From positions 192,001 through 256,000 of the forward strand of contig CAWKNZ010000007.1 in NCBI GenBank assembly GCA_963851265.1: a DNA stretch of 64,000 nt, given 5' to 3'. Shown in pieces: positions 31,469 to 40,528 of the stretch. The stretch's first letter is position 1. Every line of letters starts with the position of its first letter. The notes below the pieces were generated by a model that was given only the letters and a program-made list of their open reading frames with translations, was not told the DNA's origin and did no database searches. The position numbers and the translations under genes were made by a program. Source of the stretch: an uncultured Gemmatimonadales bacterium. Its GTDB lineage: Bacteria; Gemmatimonadota; Gemmatimonadetes; Gemmatimonadales; Gemmatimonadaceae.

Positions 31469-31638
31469 CATGCCGCCCGGGCCCGCGGGCGCTTCGCGGG
31501 GACCTGACCCACTCGGCCTTTCGATGAACGCCGACTCTCGACCACCACGCACGCCCGCGCTCCGCGGTGCGGGCGACTGCTACCGCGCGTCCGGCTGATC
31601 GACGAGGTCCGCCGCGCCGTGACGCCGGAGGACCGCGC

Positions 31639-32997
31639 ATGCCCATCGTCGAACCCCCGGTGCTCGTGCCGCCGGGCGTGGCGAATCTCGTGGGGCCTGA
31701 TGCCGACGGCGCCGACCGTCGCGCACGTCCCCGTCCGCCCGAGCCGCGCCGCGGCCCACTCCGCCGCTTCTGGCGCGCCCTCGGCCCCGGCGTCATCACC
31801 GGCGCGGCCGACGACGATCCGTCCGGGATCGCGACCTACTCCATAGCGGGCGCGCTGTTCGGGACGGCGTTCCTGTGGGTCGCCGTGGTCACCTGGCCGC
31901 TCATGGCGGCGGTGCAGACGATGTGCGCGCGCATCGGGATGGTCACCGGTCGGGGACTGACGGCCGCGCTCCAGCGCAAGTTCCCGCGCTCCGTGCTCGC
32001 CGTCGCGTGCTTCGCGCTCCTCGCCGCCAACACGCTCAACATCGGTGCCGACCTGGCCGCGATGGCCGACGCGGCGGAGCTGCTCACCCGTGTGAACTCG
32101 CACCTCTGGGTGGTGCTGTTCGCGGCCGGCATCGGGTGGGCGACCGTACGGCTGCGCTACGCCGTGGTCGCGAATGCGCTCAAGTGGCTCGCGCTCGTGC
32201 TCTTCGCGTACGTGATCGCCGCCCTCGATCTGCGCCCGTCGTGGGGCGCGGTGCTCGGCGCGACGTTCCGCCCGTCCATCCCGCACAGCTCCGACGGGTG
32301 GGCCACGCTCGTGGCGATTCTCGGGACGACCATCTCGCCGTACCTCTTCTTCTGGCAGGCGTCGCAGGAGGTCGAGGAGGAAAAGGCGCTCGGCCGCCAC
32401 TCGCTCGTCTCGCGCCTCGGCGCGAGCGCGGACGCGATCGTCCGGCGGAAGGTGGACGTGGGCGTGGGCACGTTCTTCTCGAACGTCGCGATGTTCTTCA
32501 TCATCCTCACGACCGCGCTCACGCTGCACCGCGCGGGAATCACCCACGTCGACACCAGTCGCCAGGTGGCCGCCGCCCTGCGCCCGCTCGCGGGCCGTTG
32601 GGCCACCCTGCTGTATACGGTTGGGCTGATCGGCACCGGCGCGCTCGCGATTCCCACGCTGGCCGGGTCGGCCGCGTACGCGTTCGCCGAGCTGCTCGGC
32701 TGGCGCGAGGGCATGGACGAGCACTTCCGCGGCGCGCCCGCGTTCTACGCGGTGATCCTCCTCGCCCTCGCGGCCGGCGTCGCGATGGACTACGCCAACG
32801 TGAACGTGGTCGCGGCCCTGTACTGGTCGGCGGTGCTGAACGGGCTGCTCGCGCCATTCCTGCTGTTGGGCATCCTGGTCGCGGCCAGCGACCGCGCCCT
32901 CATGCAGGGCCAGCCGAGCTCCCTGCTCGGCCGCGCCGTCGTCGGCCTCACGACCGTGGCGATGTTTGCCGCCGCCGTCGGTATGTTCGTCGCGTGA
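31639..32997 (+). CDS. NRAMP/SLC11-like divalent metal transporter (DDDPSG clade)
   Basis: LGPGVITGAADDDPSGIATYS, ARIGMVTGRGL, NIGADL, GTTISPYLFFWQ; GGAGG RBS. Confidence 0.92.
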   Translation: MPIVEPPVLVPPGVANLVGPDADGADRRARPRPPEPRRGPLRRFWRALGPGVITGAADDDPSGIATYSIAGALFGTAFLWVAVVTWPLMAAVQTMCARIGMVTGRGLTAALQRKFPRSVLAVACFALLAANTLNIGADLAAMADAAELLTRVNSHLWVVLFAAGIGWATVRLRYAVVANALKWLALVLFAYVIAALDLRPSWGAVLGATFRPSIPHSSDGWATLVAILGTTISPYLFFWQASQEVEEEKALGRHSLVSRLGASADAIVRRKVDVGVGTFFSNVAMFFIILTTALTLHRAGITHVDTSRQVAAALRPLAGRWATLLYTVGLIGTGALAIPTLAGSAAYAFAELLGWREGMDEHFRGAPAFYAVILLALAAGVAMDYANVNVVAALYWSAVLNGLLAPFLLLGILVAASDRALMQGQPSSLLGRAVVGLTTVAMFAAAVGMFVA

Positions 32998-34421
32998 ATC
33001 GCCCGCACCGCCTCGCCCGCCTTGCGCGGGCGCGCACCTTCTGCCGCAGGGCGGCCGCGGCGGTCGCCCTGTCGCCGGCCGTGGTCCGCGGGCAGACGGC
33101 GCCTCCGCCCGACACGTCCGCCGGGAACCGCCCCGCCTCGGCTGGCTCCGCCCGGTGGACGCCGTTCCTGCTCGGCACACAGTTCAACCTCATCACCCAG
33201 CACCTCGCGCGCGTGCCGAGCGCGTACCGCGGGGCCAACAGCCTCGGGCCGGCGTCGTCGACCAAGACGAGCGACGCGTACGGCGTGTACGCCGGCATCG
33301 CCGCGTCGGCGCGGTTCACGGCCTACCTCGACGCGGAAATGATCCGCGGGTCGGGCGTGAACAAGGCGGTGGGACTGGCCGGCTACACCAACGGCGACGT
33401 GATCCGGCAGGGCACGGTCGACCTCGGGGCCGGGCCGTACGTCGCGCGCGCGTTCGTGCGCTACACGGTGCCGTTAGGCGGTCGCGCGCGCGACACGCTG
33501 CCGCGCGGCCAGGACCAGGTGCCCGGCGTGGTCGCGTCGCGCCGCGTGGAGGTCACCGCGGGGAAGCTCGCGGTGTCGGACCTGTTCGATCTGAACCGGT
33601 ACGCGAACACGACGCGCCTGCAGTTCATGAACTGGGGGCTGTTCCAGAACACGTCGTGGGACTTCGCCGCCGACACGCGCGGCTACACCAACGGCGTGGC
33701 CGTGGCGTGGGTGCGACCCGGTACGGTGCTCCGGGTCGGCAGCTTCCAGATGCCCCGCCGCGCCAACGGCAACGTCTTCGACGCCGACCTCGGCCGCGCG
33801 CGCGGCGACCAGGCCGAACTCACCCTGACCCCGACCGCGTTCGGCCTGGGCGCGCGGACGCCGACGGTGCGCGTGCTGGGCTACGTGAACCACGCCCGCA
33901 TGGGAGTCTACCGCGAGGCCATCGCCCAGGGCGCAGCGGCCGGCGCCGCACCGGACGTCGTCGCCACCGACGCGCCGGGGCGGCGCAAGCGCGGCTGGGG
34001 CGTCAACGCGGAGCTCCCGCTCGCGGACGGCGGCGAGACGGGCGCGTTCTTTCGCGCCGGCCGGAGCGACGGCGACGTCGAGAGCTTCGCGTTCACGGAG
34101 GTCGAGCAGCACCTGAGCGGCGGTGGACAGGCGAGCGGCGCCCGCTGGCGGCGGCCGGACGACCGGTTCGGGATCGGCGTCGTCCGGCACGGCCTCTCCG
34201 CGGACCACCAGGCCTACCTCGCCGCGGGCGGGTCGGGATTCCTGCTCGGGGACGGCCGCCTGCGCTACGGGCCCGAGACGATCGCCGAGGCGTACTACCG
34301 CGTGCAGCTGGGCGCGTACCTGCAGGTGAGCCCGGACGTGCAGCGCGTGGTCAACCCGGGCTACAACCGCGACCGCGGCCCCGCGACGGTCACCGGCGTA
34401 CGCGTGAACGCACGCTACTGA
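32994..34421 (+). CDS. OprB-like outer-membrane porin, MnoP (Mn2+ porin)-like
   Basis: GTGA overlap with NRAMP; signal peptide; GLAGYTNGD, YVARAF, GKLAVSDLFD.NRYA, FMNWGL..WDFAADTRGYT, GFLLGDGRLRYG.E.IAEAYY, NPGYNRDRGP, terminal Y. Confidence 0.85.
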   Translation: MNRPHRLARLARARTFCRRAAAAVALSPAVVRGQTAPPPDTSAGNRPASAGSARWTPFLLGTQFNLITQHLARVPSAYRGANSLGPASSTKTSDAYGVYAGIAASARFTAYLDAEMIRGSGVNKAVGLAGYTNGDVIRQGTVDLGAGPYVARAFVRYTVPLGGRARDTLPRGQDQVPGVVASRRVEVTAGKLAVSDLFDLNRYANTTRLQFMNWGLFQNTSWDFAADTRGYTNGVAVAWVRPGTVLRVGSFQMPRRANGNVFDADLGRARGDQAELTLTPTAFGLGARTPTVRVLGYVNHARMGVYREAIAQGAAAGAAPDVVATDAPGRRKRGWGVNAELPLADGGETGAFFRAGRSDGDVESFAFTEVEQHLSGGGQASGARWRRPDDRFGIGVVRHGLSADHQAYLAAGGSGFLLGDGRLRYGPETIAEAYYRVQLGAYLQVSPDVQRVVNPGYNRDRGPATVTGVRVNARY

Positions 34422-36307
34422 CCGGCGGCGGGGGCGCCGACCGTCGCCGGCGCCAGGGCGCGCGGCGCCGGGCCGGCGCCGTCCTCGCCCTCGTGACCCG
34501 CCAGCGCGAACGCGGTCCCGACGAGCCCCAGGTGCGAGAACGCCTGCGGGAAGTTGCCCACCAGGCGACCCGACGCCGCGTCGTACTCCTCGCTCAGAAG
34601 GCCGACGTCGTTGCACAGCCCGAGCAAACGCCCGTACAGCGCGCGCGCCTCGGCGATCCGCCCGAGCAGCACGTAGTTCTGCGCCAGCCAGAAGCTGCAG
34701 GCGAGGAACGCGCCCTCGCCCCCGGGTAGCCCGTCGTCGGTCTTCCCGGTCTCGTAACGCCGCACGAAGCCGTGCGCGTCCAGCAGCCGCGCCTCGATGG
34801 CGGCCACCGTGCCGCGCACGCGCGGGTCCATGGGCGGGAGGAAGCCGACCAGCGGGATCATCAGCACGCTCGCGTCGAGCTGCCGGGAGTCGTACGCCTG
34901 CACGAAGCTGCCTAACGTCTGGTCGAACGCGCGGGCACACACCTCCTCGTGGATCCGCGCGGCCACCGCGCGCCACCGGTCCACCGGGCCTTCGAGCCCG
35001 TAGCGCTCGACCGCGCGCACCATGCGGTCGAACGCCACCCACGCCATCACCTTGGAGTGCGTGAAGTGCTGCCGCGAGCCGCGCACCTCCCACAGCCCCT
35101 CGTCGGGCTCGGCCCAGATCGTTTCGAGGTGGTTGGCGAGCGCGCGCGCCAGACTCCACGAATCCGCGCTGTCGGCCGACCCGCCGGCCCGCGCGGACGC
35201 GAGCGCGTCGATCACCTCGCCGAACACGTCGAGTTGCAGCTGGTCGTGCGCGGCGTTGCCGACGCGCACCGGCGCCGAGTTCTCGTATCCCGGAAGCCAC
35301 GGCACCTCCCACTCCAGCAGATGCCGCTCGCCGCGGATTCCGTACATGATCTGCACCTGGTTGGGACTCCCCGCCACCGCGCGGAGCAGCCAGTCGCGCC
35401 ACGACGCCGCCTCGTCGGTGTACCCGGCGTTCATGAGCGCGTTGAGCGTGAGCGTCGCGTCGCGCAGCCAGCAGTAGCGGTAGTCCCAGTTGCGCGGACC
35501 GCCGATCTCCTCGGGGAGCGACGTCGTCGGCGCGGCGACGATGCCCCCCGTGGGCGCGTAGGTCAGCGCCTTGAGGGTGAGCAGCGAGCGCACGACCGCC
35601 TCGCGATGTTCGCCGCGGTACGTGCAGCGCCCCGCCCAGTCGCGCCAGTACGCTTCCGTCTTGGCGAGCGCGAGCATCGGGTCGCTGGCTTCCGGCGGCG
35701 GGGCGTGCGACGCGCCGTAGCTCAGCGTGAACGGCACCGTCTCGCCCTCTGCCACGTCGAACTCGCCCACCGTGGTGAGGTCCTCGCCGCGTAACTCCAC
35801 CGGGGTGCGGAGGATGACCATGTCCGGGCCGGCGATCGCTCGCAGCGCCGTCGCCGGCGTGGGCTGCCCGGTGGCCGTCGCGTCGCGTTCCGCGTCCTGA
35901 TCCCCGTCGAGGCGGCTCACCCACGGGACCGCCATCCCGTATGCGAAGCGTACGACGAACTCGGTGCGCATCGCGACCCGCCCGCGCCGGCCGATGACGA
36001 TCCGCACGAGGTCGGGCTTCTGGTCGCGCACCGGCATGAAGTCGATCACCGTCACCGCGCCCTCGGCCGTCTCCCACTCGGTCTCGAGCACCATCGTATC
36101 GGCGCGGTAGCGCCGCCGCGCGCGCGCGTCCGCGGCGGTCGGCGCGAGCTTCCAGCGGCCATGCTCGGGCGCGCCGATCAGGCCCGCGAAGCACGCCGCG
36201 GAGTCGAAGCGCGGGAGACAGAGCCAGTCGACCGACCCGTCGCGCGAGACGAGGGCGGCGGTCTCGCAGTCGCCGATGAGGGCGTAGTCTTCGATCCGTG
36301 CGGGCAT
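34415..36307 (-). CDS. GH15 glycoside hydrolase (trehalase/glucoamylase-like)
   Basis: IEDYALIGD, IVAAPTTSLPE..GGPRNWDYRYCWLRD, QLDVFGE, GLWEVRG, EGAFLACSFW, LLSEEYD, GNFPQAFSH. Confidence 0.95.
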   Translation of the reverse strand: MPARIEDYALIGDCETAALVSRDGSVDWLCLPRFDSAACFAGLIGAPEHGRWKLAPTAADARARRRYRADTMVLETEWETAEGAVTVIDFMPVRDQKPDLVRIVIGRRGRVAMRTEFVVRFAYGMAVPWVSRLDGDQDAERDATATGQPTPATALRAIAGPDMVILRTPVELRGEDLTTVGEFDVAEGETVPFTLSYGASHAPPPEASDPMLALAKTEAYWRDWAGRCTYRGEHREAVVRSLLTLKALTYAPTGGIVAAPTTSLPEEIGGPRNWDYRYCWLRDATLTLNALMNAGYTDEAASWRDWLLRAVAGSPNQVQIMYGIRGERHLLEWEVPWLPGYENSAPVRVGNAAHDQLQLDVFGEVIDALASARAGGSADSADSWSLARALANHLETIWAEPDEGLWEVRGSRQHFTHSKVMAWVAFDRMVRAVERYGLEGPVDRWRAVAARIHEEVCARAFDQTLGSFVQAYDSRQLDASVLMIPLVGFLPPMDPRVRGTVAAIEARLLDAHGFVRRYETGKTDDGLPGGEGAFLACSFWLAQNYVLLGRIAEARALYGRLLGLCNDVGLLSEEYDAASGRLVGNFPQAFSHLGLVGTAFALAGHEGEDGAGPAPRALAPATVGAPAAGQ

Positions 36308-36394
36308 GGAATGGGCAGGATGGTGGCGGAGAGCGCGTTAGCGCGTTCCGTACCACGCGCGGAGCGTCCGTCGCGCCGGACGCCGCCCGCCCGG

Positions 36395-37213
36395 TCAGAC
36401 GAGCGCCGGCAGCCCCGTCGCGAGCACGCCGAGGAGGAGCAGCGCGAGCCGCGGCACCCATGCCCGCGCGCCGCCGCGCGCGTCGTACGCGAACGATCGC
36501 AGCAGGGCGCCCGCGAGGTAGAGGAAGTTCCCCGCCGCGAACGGCAGCACCACCGGCGCCAACGCCGCCGCGCGCGCTCCGAACGTGAGCGTGACCGCCG
36601 CACCCGCCGCGGCCGCGAGCGCCGTCGCCGCGTTGTAGGCCAGCGCGCGGCGGGCCGGCACGCCCCCGTGCACGATCGCGCCGAACGTCCCGAACTCGCG
36701 CGGCACCTCGTGCAGCGCCACGGCGGCCGTCGTCAGCACGCCCGCGCGCACGTCGGCGAGGAACGTCGCCGCGACGAGCGCCCCGTCGACGAAATTGTGT
36801 ACCGCGTCGCCGGCCACGGCGAGCGCGACGAGCGAGCGGCCGGGCCGGCGCGCGTGTGGCGCGCCGGCCGTGGCGCCTGATGGCGCGACCGTCGCGTGCC
36901 CGGCGCCGTGGTGGTCGTGCGTGCCGTGCAGCGCGCGCTCGAGCCCGAAGAACACCGCCGCGCCCGCCGCCACGCCGACGAGCGCCGTCGCCGCCGTCGC
37001 GCCCTGCGCGTACGCCTCGGGAAGCAACTGGAACAGCGCGCCGCCAAGCAGCGCGCCGGCCGCCACCGCCGCGGCGTGGGGGGCCCAGCGGCGCACCACG
37101 CGCGCGTCCCACGCGAGCAGGGCGAGCGCCGCCAGCGGGACCGCGCTCACGAGCGCGACGGCCGCGAACGCGTCCCGCCAGACCGCGGCGGGGGCGGCGG
37201 ACGGCGCGTTCAC
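36395..37213 (-). CDS. ZIP-family metal transporter
   Basis: GALLGGALFQLLPEA, His-rich loop HGTHDHHGAGH, DAVHNFVDG, HEVPREFG, AAGNFLY. Confidence 0.9.
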   Translation of the reverse strand: MNAPSAAPAAVWRDAFAAVALVSAVPLAALALLAWDARVVRRWAPHAAAVAAGALLGGALFQLLPEAYAQGATAATALVGVAAGAAVFFGLERALHGTHDHHGAGHATVAPSGATAGAPHARRPGRSLVALAVAGDAVHNFVDGALVAATFLADVRAGVLTTAAVALHEVPREFGTFGAIVHGGVPARRALAYNAATALAAAAGAAVTLTFGARAAALAPVVLPFAAGNFLYLAGALLRSFAYDARGGARAWVPRLALLLLGVLATGLPALV

Positions 37214-37465
37214 GGCCGGGCGCGACGCGAGGCGGGGAGGCGAGCTGACATCGGCGCGAAGTGTAGCGCGACGCGGGATCCCCCCGGCCCCGCGCCGCAC
37301 ACGCTGGCGCGTGCGCCGGGTGCCGCGCGGGGTGACGCTGCCGCTACTCGGCGGGTCCTTCGGGGCACCAACTCGTCGCGCGGGCGCCTCGCAGGCCGCG
37401 CCGCGCCGACTCTCCGCCTCACCCCCCGTCGGGACGCGTCGCGCCCCCGGGGCCACGGAGTACGA

Positions 37466-40400
37466 ATGCGTTCATCCAGCTCGTCGCGCGACCTCGCGCG
37501 CCTTCCTCTCTTGGCCCTCCTCACGGCAGCACCGGCCGTCGCGATCGCGCCGGCCGTCGGCGTCGCGCAGCCGGCGGCGCGCGGCACGATCGTCGGCCGC
37601 GTGGTCGACCAGGCCAGCGGCCGCCCGATCGCGGACGCCCAGGTGGTCGTCGTCGGCACCCGCCTCGGCGCGCCGACCGGGCCCGACGGCACGTTCCGCA
37701 TCGTCGGCGCGCCGGCCGGGCCGGCGGTGCTCCGCGCGCTCCGCATCGGCTACCGCGCCGCGACGCAGAACGTGACCGTCCCGTCCGGCGCGTCCGTGAC
37801 CGCGGCGTTCTCGCTCGCCACCACGCCGAGCACGCTCGAACAGGTCGTCGTCACCGCCACGGGCGGCACCCAGCGGCAGCGCGAGCAGGGCAACGCCGTG
37901 TCGCAGATCACCACCGACAGCGTCGCGCTCGCGGCCGTGCCTAACGTGTCGGGGCTGGTCAACGGGCGCGCGGCCGGCGTCTCGGTCGTGGGCACGTCGG
38001 GCAGCACCGGGACGGCGGCCCGCATCCGCATCCGCGGCGCCAACTCGCTGTCGCTGTCCAACGACCCGCTGCTCATCATCGACGGCGTGCGCATCAACTC
38101 CGACCCGAGTTCGGCCGACCCGAACGCGGGCGTCGGCGGGCAGACGCCGTCGCGCCTCAACGACCTGATCCCCGAAGACATCGAGGACATCCAGGTGCTC
38201 AAGGGGCCGGCGGCCACGGGCCTCTACGGCACGCAGGCCGCCAACGGCGTCATCCAGATCACCACCCGGCGCGGCCGCGCGGGGCGCACGCAGTGGAACG
38301 GGTACGCCGAAGGCGGCGCGGTGAACGACCGCAACACGTACCCGGCCAACTGGGGCGCCAACGGGCTGTTCGCCGACGCCTCGGGCGCGCTCACGGTGCC
38401 GTACACCGTCAACCAGCGCTCGTGCGACCTGGTCACGCAGAGCTTCGGCGACTGCAAGCAGACGTCGGTGGTCAACTTCAACCCGCTCGTCGTCCACAGC
38501 CCGTTCCGGACCGGCGCGCGCGAGAAGGCCGGCGCCAACGTGAGCGGCGGGGGCGACCGGAGCACGTACTACCTGTCCGCCGACTACACGAGCGAGGATG
38601 GCGTCTACCGGACGAACTCGCTTCGCCAGGCGAGCGTCCGGGCGAACGTCACCGCCCACCCGGCGTCGACGCTCGACGTGCAGACGTCGGCCGGGTACGT
38701 GCGCTCGTCGCTCGCCCTCCCGCGCAACGACAACGACTACTTCGGCTACATCTCCAACGGGATCGCCGGGCTCGCGTTCGACAACGCGCAGCAGGGCTAC
38801 TACCCGATCGGGCCGAAGATCATCGACCAGCTCTCGGACGGGCAGGACATCAACCGGTTCACCGGGTCGGTCAACGCGACCTACCGCCCGGCGACGTGGC
38901 TGTCGGTGATCGGCGTCGCGGGCGTCGACAACGTGAACCGCTTCGACAACCAGACCTTCCCGGTGGGCGTGATCCCGCCCGGGTACTTCGGCGACAGCGC
39001 GGGCTTCCGCTCGTCGGGCCGGTTCACGACGAACACGTCGACGGCCAACGTCTCGGCCGTGGCGACGCGCCCGATCTCGTCGTCTCTCACGTCGACCACG
39101 ACGGCCGGCTTCCAGTACCAGCGCGACGACTCGCGCGGCACGACCGCCACCGCGTTAGGCCTCGCGGCCGGCACGAGCTCGCTCAACACCGGCGTGAGCC
39201 AGTACACCGTCGCCGAGCCCTTCGCGCGCAGCGCGCTCGTCGGGGGCCTCGTGCAGGAGCAGCTCGCCTTCAGCGACCGCCGCTTCCTCAGCCTCGGCCT
39301 CCGCGGCGACAAGAACAGCGCGTTCGGCAAGAACTTCGGGACGGTCTACTACCCGTCCGCCAACGCGTCGTGGGTGATCAGCGACGAGTCGTTCTTCCCC
39401 AAGCCGCAGGCGCTCACCTCGCTCCGCCTCCGCGCGGCGTACGGGCGGTCGGGGCTGCGCCCCGGCGTCACCGACGCGCTCCTGTACTACCGCGGCGTCA
39501 CGGCGCGCGTGAACGGGGCCGAGCAGTCGGGCATCACGATCGGCAACCTCGGCGACCCGAACCTCCGCCCCGAGCGGACCAACGAGTTCGAGACCGGCCT
39601 CGACCTGAGCGCGTTCAGCGGCCGCACGAACCTCGAAGTCACCTACTACAACAAGCGGTCGCAGGACGCCCTCGTCCTCGTCCCGAGCCCGCCGTCGGGC
39701 GGGTTCCCCGCCCAGTACCGCAACATCGGCGCGGTCGGCAACCGCGGGTTCGAGGCGCTGCTCACGCTGGTGCCGCTCCGCGCGGCGAACGTGGCGTGGA
39801 CGTCGACGTTCAACTTCAGCACCAACCGCAACCGCGTGCTCGCGTTAGGCCTCCCGGCCCCGGTCGTCTTCGGCGGCGGGTACCAGCGCTACCAGGTGGG
39901 TTACCCGGCCGGCGGCTACTGGGACCGCACGTTCACCTACGCCGACGCCAACAAGAACGGCGTCATCGAGCCGAGCGAGATCACGCTGTCCGACACCGCG
40001 CGGTACCTCGGCAGCGCGCTCCCGACGCGCAACCTCGGCTGGACCAACGACGTCACCGTCTTCAAGTGGCTGCGCCTCTCGGCGCTCGTCGACTACAAGG
40101 GCGGGTTCAAGCAGTACAACAGCACCGAGTCGTTCCGCTGCGAGTCGGGCGTCGACGTCTGCCAGGGCATCTTCGACCCCTCGTCGTCGCTCGACCGGCA
40201 GGCGCGGTCCGTCGCGGCCAACGTCTACAACAACCAGAGCGGGTGGATCGAGAACGGCGACTTCGTGAAGCTCCGCGAGGTCTCGCTCACGGCCACGCTG
40301 CCCGACCTGTTCGCGCGGCGCGTCCGCGCGCGCGGCCTCAGCGTCACCGTCGCCGGCCGCAACCTGCACACCTGGACCAACTACAGCGGCGTCGACCCCG

Positions 40401-40528
40401 AGGTGAACTCGGTCGGCGCGCCGACCGGCCCGAACGGCCCCACGGGCGCGTCCAGCTTCTCGCAGAGCGATTTCCTGAGCCAGCCGCAGGTGCGGTACCT
40501 CACGGTCCGCGTCAATGTCAACTACTGA
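37466..40528 (+). CDS. SusC/RagA-family TonB-dependent outer-membrane transporter
   Basis: GGAG RBS; CarboxypepD-like N-domain, IRIRGANS..NDPL.IIDG, EDIEDIQVLKGPAATGLYG..AANGVI.ITT, NLRPERT.E.ETG, YSGVDPE, terminal NY. Confidence 0.95.
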   Translation: MRSSSSSRDLARLPLLALLTAAPAVAIAPAVGVAQPAARGTIVGRVVDQASGRPIADAQVVVVGTRLGAPTGPDGTFRIVGAPAGPAVLRALRIGYRAATQNVTVPSGASVTAAFSLATTPSTLEQVVVTATGGTQRQREQGNAVSQITTDSVALAAVPNVSGLVNGRAAGVSVVGTSGSTGTAARIRIRGANSLSLSNDPLLIIDGVRINSDPSSADPNAGVGGQTPSRLNDLIPEDIEDIQVLKGPAATGLYGTQAANGVIQITTRRGRAGRTQWNGYAEGGAVNDRNTYPANWGANGLFADASGALTVPYTVNQRSCDLVTQSFGDCKQTSVVNFNPLVVHSPFRTGAREKAGANVSGGGDRSTYYLSADYTSEDGVYRTNSLRQASVRANVTAHPASTLDVQTSAGYVRSSLALPRNDNDYFGYISNGIAGLAFDNAQQGYYPIGPKIIDQLSDGQDINRFTGSVNATYRPATWLSVIGVAGVDNVNRFDNQTFPVGVIPPGYFGDSAGFRSSGRFTTNTSTANVSAVATRPISSSLTSTTTAGFQYQRDDSRGTTATALGLAAGTSSLNTGVSQYTVAEPFARSALVGGLVQEQLAFSDRRFLSLGLRGDKNSAFGKNFGTVYYPSANASWVISDESFFPKPQALTSLRLRAAYGRSGLRPGVTDALLYYRGVTARVNGAEQSGITIGNLGDPNLRPERTNEFETGLDLSAFSGRTNLEVTYYNKRSQDALVLVPSPPSGGFPAQYRNIGAVGNRGFEALLTLVPLRAANVAWTSTFNFSTNRNRVLALGLPAPVVFGGGYQRYQVGYPAGGYWDRTFTYADANKNGVIEPSEITLSDTARYLGSALPTRNLGWTNDVTVFKWLRLSALVDYKGGFKQYNSTESFRCESGVDVCQGIFDPSSSLDRQARSVAANVYNNQSGWIENGDFVKLREVSLTATLPDLFARRVRARGLSVTVAGRNLHTWTNYSGVDPEVNSVGAPTGPNGPTGASSFSQSDFLSQPQVRYLTVRVNVNY

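Noticed and set aside
31300..31638. M-box or yybP-ykoY riboswitch for mgtE/NRAMP
   Set aside because: I could not recognise their consensus on either strand; kept only as an unclassified structured leader.
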